Positions 22,701-32,376 of a DNA stretch of 64,000 nucleotides are shown piece after piece. The DNA lies in assembly GCF_040938485.1 (NCBI RefSeq), contig NW_027271433.1, positions 1,674,001 to 1,738,000 of the forward strand, in the 5' to 3' direction. Under the pieces are notes generated by a model. The model made no database searches, was not told the DNA's origin, and worked only from the letters and a program-made list of their open reading frames with translations. How positions within the stretch are numbered: the stretch's first letter is position 1; each line of letters opens with the position of its first letter. The DNA comes from Diadema antillarum (taxonomy: Eukaryota). The position numbers and the translations under genes are program-made.

Positions 22701-25700
22701 GTATGTCATTCGTGTCTGTTAGAAATTCCAGCTTGGTCCACTAATTTTTGTAAATGCTCTTGCCATGTTGCGTTTCATAGTTCAAATATGCATACACATT
22801 TCAAGTGTGCGGCTCTGCCGATGTCTCGATCTGTTGATAATCTGCAAAAGAGACGTTTGCCAATTTTCCGTGAACAAAACTTGTGGATATTGTGATAACA
22901 GGATCATTGTCATATCTTTTGAATAAATGTTTTCTTAACCTTTCGAAATTTACTCTTCGTTCTGCATTTTCCTCTCCTATCCCCTCTCATTCCTCATCTC
23001 TCTTCTCTCCACAAATGCCAAGCCTGTGCCATCTCTCTTTGGACCACTTGTTTGCTTTAATTTCTCTGTGAACATTTTGTTAAGCGAGTGTGTGTGTGTT
23101 TTAGCATTTTTTTTTTCTCCCTGTCTCCCCTCGCCGTGTTATGAGAGAAACGGAGTGCTCAATACGTATTGTGCAGCTGTGATGAGCAATAAAAATGTTA
23201 CTGGGCCAAGTGTATTTGCAATTTTATAATCGTCCCTTTCTCTGTCTCTCCCCCTCTCTCTCTTTTTTCTGCCCCCCCCCCTCTTTCTGGGTATTTGCTC
23301 TACACTTGACGCTGCTCCAACGGAGGGCATCTGCTAGGGGCAAACTGACCACGAAGGGGCTGTCTCCTTTCCCCCTACCCTCCTTCTCTCTCTTCCCCTG
23401 CTACAACGGTCCTGGCATCGAGCAACTAATGGGCTGTCGCGAGCGCTCTAAGTAAACGCTCGCCACCGTGGCGCATGATTGTCGCCGCAGAATATTGCAC
23501 CATCTTGACTTGCGTGAATGGGACGGCAGATGTTGCTGATGACACCCGAACTCACGCTTATCACACAAATATTGACAATCCAGCTAGCAGGCATTTGATC
23601 ATGGCTAAAAACTATCATGATATCTCATTCCCAGAAATAGAAATACAATAGTCAAGAATGTTAACTTGGATGGTCCTACAAGTTGATTACTTGCCATTTC
23701 TTACCTTTCCTGTTGTGTTATCCAATCTCATAGTAAATCGTGGTAGTATGACAGTATGAGAAAGTATGTCTAAAGTGTTACTTCGGTTAGTATGTCCAAA
23801 ATATGATATGAAATTCCAAATTCTTTGTTAATGAAAATTCTTTCTAGATATGCTATGTAGAACAGAATAAAAAGGCTCCAGAACACCAGTTAAACAACAA
23901 ATGTTTGGTACACACACACACACTCACACACACTTTCAAAAAGAAAATGAGAATGTAGCTATAAAGGTTGATAAGATTATTCTTTATTGTATGTGATGAA
24001 GAGGTAAATAAAGTCAATTATTTCATTATTTGATATCAAAGTGTCAAATGAGGTAATTAAAAAACATATTTTTCGAAACTCACACTATTTCATGTGTAGA
24101 AGCGTCAAGACAGAGAACCTGTCTTAAGTTGGAGGAAACTTGATGATACTTCACCACAGAAGTAATGTTGTTCACCTCAGCTTTTCATTTCAGGAGAACA
24201 AGTTTAATAATGATCAATTTCAGAATTGACATTACTGAATGTATGTTAGCCTTTTTACCTTCCTTTTTTTTTTTTTTTGGTCTCTTTTGTTTTTCTTCTG
24301 GCTTGTGCCATGTGGGGGAGAGAAAAAAAAACTTACCTGGTGGCGTGGGGGTGAGGGGAGAGATGCAATTGGTAAACTATCACTGAGTTTGCGTATGGAA
24401 GAGTTGGTGTGTTTAAGCAACAAAAGCAGACGTGCCCATAGACTCAAATTGGGAAGAGTGCTTCACGCCTTGAACACACAGAGCGACACTTTATACGCCA
24501 AGTGTGCAAACTGGGCTTAATTCCCTGCAGATATTTCCTAGTGCGCTTTTTTTTTTCTCTCCTCCCCACTCGCAAAGTACCGTGACAATTGCTGATATCA
24601 CTTGACGGCGATCCTGCCCCATGTTCTTACGATTAAATGTAATAAACTGACATAGTGGGACGTGATACGGGCAAGAGCAGCAACGGGTGAAACAGAGCCA
24701 TTTAATTGGGGCAGTCCTTTCACATGTTTTGCCAATATTTTTTCTTTCTCTCTCTTTTTCTTTTTCTGTTTTTTTTTTTTTTTTTTTTTTTTTTTTTGGT
24801 GCTGCTATACGCATCGTGCTATTCTGTAGGCATACAAAGGAGTTATTGCAAGATCAAACACCGTAAGATTTGCCTCACGATGTTACACCGGGGGAGGTTT
24901 TCTCTCTGATTAATATTCAAAAAGAGAAGGAAATTGCATGTAATGCAACTCTAGTATCATGTGTCAGTGTCATAATATTGGAAGATTGTGTTTCACTAAA
25001 TTGTTAACAATGTAGGGATGAGAAAAACATGTCTTCATGTATGCTTTTATATAGGAGTTGACAAAGATAACAATTGTGAATGTCAACAAGTATGCCTATA
25101 AAGAGCAATGCACGCAAGTTATGTATGATTTGTAAATGTTACAAAATGTTGCATCTTTTATGAGATTAAACCACCACAGCTAAGTCATGTCATACTTCAA
25201 TGTATTATGCATGTATAGGTAGAACAAGTGGAGATATTAATTGAATTATTCCACTTACAAACATGAGCTTTTTGGTAGAGAGAGAGAGGGGGGGGGGAGA
25301 TAGCCACATCTAAGATTGAGAGCACTTGATATTAGAATTATTTCTTTGTGTATTGTTGCTTTGTTTCAGTATGAGAAGTCTGGATGGGGGAACTTATTTT
25401 ATGATTAAAGAAAACTTTTAATGGTGCCATGATCTTTTCTTCGATCAATTTAGAACTTAAGTCAAGTGAGGTCTGTTGAAGGGTAATGATAACCCCCTCA
25501 CTTCTTCCCCCCCCCCCATGCCCCACCATCAAGTTCACCCATGGGACTGCTATGACAGGAAAGCATCTTACGAGACCCGAGGGAGGGTGGGGCATGTCGA
25601 ACAGGGGACCCAGGGGAGGAAGTTATCGCCAGTCAGGGGGAGACCTAGGGCTTATCTGGTCTGATCAGGGGACAGGAGGGAGAAAGGTGGGAGGATGTGT

Positions 25701-26318
25701 TGCCAGACCAAGAAAATATTTAGCGCAAATATTTTTGCTCAATGAGATAACACAAATATTAACACATATTCTAGAGAGCCGTTTCTGTTTTGTCATACCT
25801 CTTTGTCGTCGTTTGGTCACTGGATGCCAATTTGGGGAATAATTTGTGGCTAAATGTCATAATTTCTCGAGCTCTGTACTGTGCTTTTGAGATACTCATG
25901 AGGCAACTGACTCCTTTTTCAATGCTGCATATTTTCTCCTATTACACCCTTTTATAACACTTATTTCTGACAAGTCAATGAAAAAATCTTCTGCATTGAT
26001 TATAGATATATCAGTTTTCTTCTCTGGTCAAAGAGAACTTCATACAAGTGAATAAACACACATTGAAAGTATTTCTATCATGGCATCAACCATTGGCATA
26101 TAGTTCTGTGTTGTTATTCTGACTTGTCTTATAGGTAGGGCTTTGTTTTTTGTTTTGTTTTGTTTTGTTTTGTGTTTTGTATTGTATTGTTGTTGTTGGG
26201 TTTTTTTTCAGGTGGCTGCTGCCCTGTTCAAAGTGAGGTTGTCCTGATTATGGAAGTTTATTTTTGATGATACCATTGACTAATTTTTTCCTTTTTGTTC
26301 TCTTCTGTTTGTTTTCAG

Positions 26319-26453
26319 ATTGTTGATGAGTTTGGGAAGGTCAAGTGCTGGATCGATGCCAGTGAGCCGGGGTCAGGAAACTGGATGAAGTACGTGCGCA
26401 GCGCCCCCAAGCTGGAGAACCAGAACATGGTACCAGTTCAAGTTGATGGCAAG
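26319..26453 (+). CDS. MECOM/PRDM16: Prdm3/16 PR/SET-domain exon (IVDEFGKVKCWIDASEPGSGNWMKYVRSAPKLENQNMVPVQVDGK)
   Basis: Polypyrimidine tract with CAG acceptor, AAG|GTGAGT donor, 135 nt, phase 0/0. Aligns with MECOM ILDEFYNVKFCIDASQPDVGSWLKYIR. Confidence 0.93.
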
Positions 26454-26460
26454 GTGAGTA

Positions 26461-26528
26461 CCGAGTATACTCGGGCAGGAGTGTATGGGAAATGTGTGTT
26501 GTAGCAAGATCAGTCCATCTTCAACGGA
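26461..26528. mobile_element. 5'-truncated copy of the 5722-5807 piggyBac-like repeat
   Basis: CCGAGTATACTCGGGCAGGAGTGTATGGGAAATGTGTGTTGTAGCAAGATCAG...CAACGGA-TTAA matches the copy at 5722. Confidence 0.65.
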
Positions 26529-26564
26529 TTAATTCATTAGTCTTCACACTCTTTGTATATGAAT

Positions 26565-26565
<1 letters not shown>

Positions 26566-26604
<39 letters not shown>
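26566..26604. repeat. (CA)n microsatellite
   Basis: Pure CA run. Confidence 0.95.
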
Positions 26605-26607
<3 letters not shown>

Positions 26608-27018
26608 ACACACGTATACAGACAGCAAAAATCCCCCACATATACACATGTATGTATAATCTTTTTATTTGTAGGCTTTCATATTCCATCTGTTGTTTTT
26701 CTCCTTCATTTGTGTAGTTACAGAACATTCATTTTTATCTGTTTAGATGATGCCTATTTCTTTCTTTGTGAGCAAAGGACCTTTCAATAGTCTCACTCTT
26801 AAAAAGCTGTGTTCTGTGTAGGAATAGTTTTAATATACATTGTACATTTGTGATGCTTTCTGAGGGAAAAAAAATTAAAGAATACATGTGCAGGTGTTTG
26901 ATATGAAAGTACCACACTACTAATGAAAATTTGATGCACAAATTCAAGTTGAGATAACCTGTTGATGTGTATGAATTGCAAGTGGATAGTACAATGCTAG
27001 TTTGCAGGTCACTTTTAA

Positions 27019-27585
27019 AGGACAAGTTCACCTTCATAGACATGTGGGTTGAGTGAATGCAGCAATATCAGTAGAACACATCAGTGAGAGTTTGAGCAAA
27101 ATCGGACAATCCGTTAAAAAGTTATGAATTTTTGAAGTTTCTGCTCAGTCACGGCTGGATAAAAAGACTACTATAGCTTGTGATGTCACATGAGTACAAC
27201 GATATAAAGAAAGAATAAAGAAAATGCAACATATTTCCATTTTTCTCGCATAACAAAAGAACACTCGACTTCTCTCTTTCAGAAGGCAGGGGGAATAATA
27301 TTACCCTTAACATACGTCAGTAGCAAGTCGAAGAAATGTGCGCTTTATTCAAAAAGTAAAGTTTTGTGAAATTCTCTTTTTATTTTCCTTGTATAGTTGT
27401 ACGTATGTGCCATCATACACTGTAGTAGTCTTCTCTTCCAGCAGTGACTGTGCAGATACTTAAAATACATGTGTATTCGTAACTTTTGAACGGATTGTCC
27501 AATTTTCCTCAAACTTTCACTGATGTGTTCTACTAATATTGCTGCATTCTCTCAATTCTTATGTATATGAAGGTGGACTTGTCCT
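27019..27585. mobile_element. Kolobok-like MITE (567 bp)
   Basis: TTAA on both sides. TIRs AGGACAAGTTCACCTTCATA / TATGAAGGTGGACTTGTCCT, with long imperfect palindromic arms. AG termini with a TTAA duplication fit the Kolobok superfamily. Confidence 0.85.
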
Positions 27586-29257
27586 TTAAGGCATTTTGGA
27601 CGAAATAAAATCAGTGTGTGAAGGTTTTGATATATCAAGTGTTGTTATGTTGGATTTGGTTGCGACATCCAATTGTAGAATCGTCTACTTCTCTGTGATC
27701 AATTCAGTTGTGGCAGGGGAGGGGAAGACAAAGCTCTGTCCTATTACAGTGCAACAGTGCCCTTCAATACAACAGCTGTTTGTTGCGAAGACCATAAAAG
27801 CTATAAATCCAATGATACAATCTAATGATATTACAAGCTCTCTCTTTCAGACATCATGAGAATGAGTGGTGTCGTAATCGTGACGTTTGACTTGTGCAAG
27901 CCAAGAATTTGATTTGTGCCTGAAATGCATTTTATTGCACGGCAGGATGGTTGATACCAATAAATGGATTTGCCATTCTCTCTTCCCCCCTGGAGATAAT
28001 TCATTTTGAGAATAGAATAGATTCTTCATTGTTCAAACCCCTCAGAAGAAATAATGGATTGTGCAAAGTGAGCACTTGATTGCTCTGTATGCAGCCAGTA
28101 TTATGAGGCATCTATAAGGCTCATCACATGAAGCCCATTCTCCTCATGTCTTCGCTAATCAAATCAATTTAATGCTCATAAAAATCAAGCATGCAAGAAA
28201 TGAATGAGAAGACTTCCTCTAATGCATGGCAGCAAAAAAAAAAAGTTGAAGAGGAAAGTGATGTCTACAATATTATTACTCATCCAGAATTATAAGTCTT
28301 TGGTAGAGTTTACAGTCCCATTTTTTTTTTCATGAAATACTTGTGCATATTCATAGTGTGATATGGAGCATATACAATTTTGTATTAAAGGGGAAATGAT
28401 AGAATAACAAGATATTATAATTAGGCCTGTAAGGACTCATATATTTTTGCAACTTGTTATATTTCTATGGATGTTTCTCTCTCTGGCCCTCTTTATCTTT
28501 CGATAAATCTCTGCCATACTTGATCGGCCTATGTTTTGAGTGTTTGTGTATGAATACATCCTGAATTATATAATTTCCTTTTGTTAACACTCATATTTTT
28601 GGTGTATTATTCTTAGATAGATGCAATGTAGGCCCCCTATTTGTATATGAAATTCATGTTCGTCTTACAATCATCTATCCAAATTTATTGATTACACATG
28701 TCTGCACACAAATATGTGACAGCCTTCCAATTGACGAACTTGAAACAATTTATACATCAGCAAACATTTTGGTAGTAGTCTCAGCCTTAGTCACATTGGA
28801 AACTGTTACGTTTCTACAAGGCAGTTGAATATTAGGGTTAAAAGGAGTATATCGCTATGTTCAGTCTGACCCCTGCATAATACAAACTTAGAATTGACAA
28901 GTCAAGTGGTTTTCTAGTGAACATTTATCCCATTCCCAAGTGTCTGATGATGCAGATCAATAATCTGAGGCATATGGTATCAATTTTTTTTTTAAATATG
29001 ATTATGTATCATAATATGTAGTGTTGGAATCTCCCTGTTTCCAGCATTTTGATATACTCAAAATGATCTGCAAGCTTTATAAATTTTGGTTATTGTACTT
29101 TTGATGTTAATGTATGCACTTATTTTCTGTAAAAAGTTATATCTATATTTTTCTATGGGAAACTTAGGAAAAATAATGAATGAAAGAACAAATGAATGAA
29201 TGAATGAATATATGTTTATATATCTACTTGTTTCACTTGGTTACATGTATTATCCAG

Positions 29258-29360
29258 GTGTTTTACAAAGCCATCCATAACATCGGGGCGGGCGAGGAGC
29301 TGCTGGTTCTGAAGGATGCAGCTTTTCCAGACCAAGATGGAAACCCCATACAGATTGTTG
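29258..29360 (+). CDS. MECOM/PRDM16: Prdm3/16 exon, end of PR domain (VFYKAIHNIGAGEELLVLKDAAFPDQDGNPIQIV)
   Basis: TATCCAG acceptor, TTG|GTAAGT donor, 103 nt, phase 0/1. Aligns with MECOM IFYRVVADIAPGEELLLF. Confidence 0.93.
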
Positions 29361-30273
29361 GTAAGTTTTAAAAGACACACATACAGTCTTACGTACCCAC
29401 CTAGGCAAGAAATTGTCATTCAACCATTTTGTCACTTTTCTGTAGGAAAACATATGGTAAAACTGGTAACCATATATTTGTAGGTTTGATGGTATAGTAA
29501 TGTAAATGTATATGATAGGGCCTCATCCATGTCAAAGGATCTGCCTATGGTGACTGTCAGTGATATTGATTTCTCCCTCATACATGCACAATTACGATAT
29601 GCATTGTAATGTTGCTGTATTCATGTGTTATCAGAGACAGTGTGGTTAAAGAGTGACAATTCCTATATTGATTTGTATGGTTTACTTTTTTGCATACTTT
29701 GTATCAATTTGTATTGTTTTGTCACTGTACTTGGAGATTAAAAAATACAGAAATGAAATGAAACCATGCCAAAACAAAACGAAACAAGCAAAAATAAAAC
29801 AAAACTATTGCTGTAGAATAGTTTGGAAAACAAACATCAGTGCATTATGGGTGAGGCTGGGGAGTGTTAGCTAAAGTGTGTGTTTTGGTATAGAAAGTGT
29901 ATGTGGATGTGTGTGTTTCTCAGTGATTGGGGTACGGTTTAGGTTAAGTAGTTGTGGGTTTTTTTCTTCTGTGTACAGAAGGTATGTTTCATGTTTTGTT
30001 TTGCTTTTTGTTATTTGTGCTATGAAATTATAGTGTAGAAAATCCAGTTGCAATGAGCGGCTACTATGAAATTATATCGTAGAAATAAAATGCAATGACA
30101 TGACATTATACTGTACTAGGAATTATATTAATTGGCCAGGTTTTATGGTTGATTTGTTGCATCATTTGAAGGAACTCAAATAAAGACATAGGAAAAACAA
30201 CAAAAACATGGTCTGGGCAGAGAAAATTTCTGCCTGTGGAAGCTATGCTATATTTGTTACAAACCCTTGAATA

Positions 30274-30484
30274 CTGTAAAAGTGGTTTCTTTCGCGTACA
30301 GAAACTTTCGGGGTTTCAATCGGTGCCGACTTTTTCACGTGTGAATAAATTTGTGGTCGGTAATGATAGCGTTGTAACAAGTGACGAGTTCAAAACATTT
30401 TCGAGTGATGTTAAATTTGCGGTTCAACCTCATAGCACGAAAAGCGCGAAAATAAAGCCACCGCGAATGAAACCACTTTTGCAG
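30274..30484. mobile_element. Internally deleted, inverted copy of the TA-flanked MITE at 1584-2085
   Basis: Same TIRs and TA flanks. Internal blocks match the reverse complement of both ends of the 1584 copy. Confidence 0.85.
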
Positions 30485-31181
30485 TAATAAGCAGTGGATA
30501 TATTGATACTGTTTTCAAATGTGTTTGACTAGCCATGAGTACTTTGCACAACAAAATTTGCTCTTGAGCATATATCATGTGATAAACAAACATGGGCTTT
30601 AATGTTCAAGCACGTAGTGTTGACCTGTGATTTTTTTTAAACCCTAAGGAAAGAAAACAACAAACAAACAAAAAAACTTTATCCAAAGTTCATAGGGCTT
30701 TCTCTTGTGGCTTGTGAGACAACCTAATCACCATGAATAAAGGAGGTATTACAGTTCTCTCATATTTATATGAATTTTGACATACCATATACTTAAAAAA
30801 CAGAAATGTTCATGTGCATTTTAATTTCACAAATTTTGCAAGAGCTAAGATTCAAAAAATTCAAATACATGTGAAAGTTCTTGTCTACATTACATGTACT
30901 GAATGCCAGGGGCAATTCGCAAAAATGTCATGCTGCTAAAAAGGCCATCGGCTCCACTTGGCGAAAATTTCATGCCAAGAAAATATCTTGCTTTAAAGTA
31001 GCTGCTCACATGTTGCATTTCTTATTGAAACAAGAGCTATACTGCAATACCTGGTGAAAGTTTAACAGTTGAAGCGTAGAATTGAGCGATTAACAGGTTT
31101 GTTCCTGCAGGTTCAAATGTGTAGAAGATACAGGCCTTCTGACATCATTTCAATTTATTGCTTGTTTTTCTCAATGTCCAG

Positions 31182-31310
31182 AAGAGAAGCAGTATGATTG
31201 TGAAGAATGTCACAATTCGTTCCGGTCCAAAGTTGCCCTGAGAAGACACCAGAAGTATGCTTGTAACAATGTCAATGCCATTTTCTCCACGCTCAACCAA
31301 GAGTTCAAAG
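31182..31310 (+). CDS. MECOM/PRDM16: Prdm3/16 exon with the first zinc finger (YDCEECHNSFRSKVALRRHQKYAC)
   Basis: TGTCCAG acceptor, AAG|GTGAGT donor, 129 nt, phase 1/1. Aligns with EVI1 ZF1 [28 protein letters not shown]. Confidence 0.93.
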
Positions 31311-31344
31311 GTGAGTCCAAGTTCCAACATAAGTTTTAGACCAG

Positions 31345-31536
31345 GGTCCCGTTGCATAAAACTTTTTTAGCAACCTTAAAAATTTCAGGTTGGGATTTGC
31401 CCAACCTGAATTTTTAAAGGTTGCTAACCTAAGAATGTAAAATCCGTTGCATAAAAACTCTGGTTGGGAGCTTCCAACCGGAATTTTGTGATTTCAACCG
31501 GAAAAAAATCCGGTTGGAGTTTTATGCAACGGGCCC
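31345..31536. mobile_element. PIF/Harbinger-like MITE
   Basis: 19-bp TIRs GGTCCCGTTGCATAAAACT / AGTTTTATGCAACGGGCCC (one mismatch) flanked by CAG...CAG, a CWG-type 3-bp duplication. Internal hairpins are present. Confidence 0.75.
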
Positions 31537-32376
31537 CAGTTCTGTCTTGATTGAACTATGAAGATCTTTTCTTGGAATACACACCGAAGTTATAAAGTTA
31601 TCGGCCATATTAAGTGCCATATCTTGTTTAAAATGACCACCAATATTGTAAAACAGGAATAGCAATTACAGCCTGCATCTATGGATATTTTTACAAGTAT
31701 ATCTTTCTGTTTCATTGTCACCAAGTCTTAGTCCATTCATGATTTCATACGTGAATACGGATGAATAAAATGATGACAATCATGCCTATTTTAGAAGGTT
31801 CTCCCTCGGTTCCAACGGCAGATCTGTGTTTCCTGTTCCCTGTCTGCACAGAACGCGGATCATCTGCCTACCATTCCAAATATTGTATTTCTAGAACAAA
31901 CACACTCCTCAGAGCAAACAGATATGAGCTCCTTGACTGAGAGGAGGTGTCAAGGCTTACACAATGTGTTGACACAGCGGACCAAGCCCCCCAGTTTATC
32001 ACGTTTGCAGCAGAAAATCTTGACGGCGCGTTTTCCGTAAAACAAAGAAAGGCCGAGCAGTGGGAAGGATATTGTGAGCATGTCCATATTTTCTTGTAGA
32101 CCCAGGACACGTGCTGCACCTTCTCATTTCCTTGCCTTGCATACATGCCTCGCAGACAAAAAATCAAACAAATGTTTGCTCTGCTTGAATATGAGTTAAA
32201 TGCTGGTTAGAAATTAAGAGCCCCCTTTGCTTCCCTTTATTCATACCATGCATATCAGAGGATCTTATGACATTTGTAATGGAAGTATTTGATAATTGTC
32301 TTTCCAAACTAAAACACAAATTTTTAGTAGATGAAATTACTCAAATGTTCTGTATGAAATTCTTCTTCCTTCGCAG

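Noticed and set aside
24331-24339. Perfect minus-strand splice donor CAG|GTAAGT suggesting an antisense exon
   Set aside because: About one such 9-mer is expected by chance in 128 kb of both-strand sequence, and no partner acceptor or ORF supports it.
31101-31181. Alternative upstream acceptor TTCCTGCAG at 31110 for the ZF1 exon
   Set aside because: In the required phase it reaches TAG within four codons, and the 31181 acceptor restores homology exactly.
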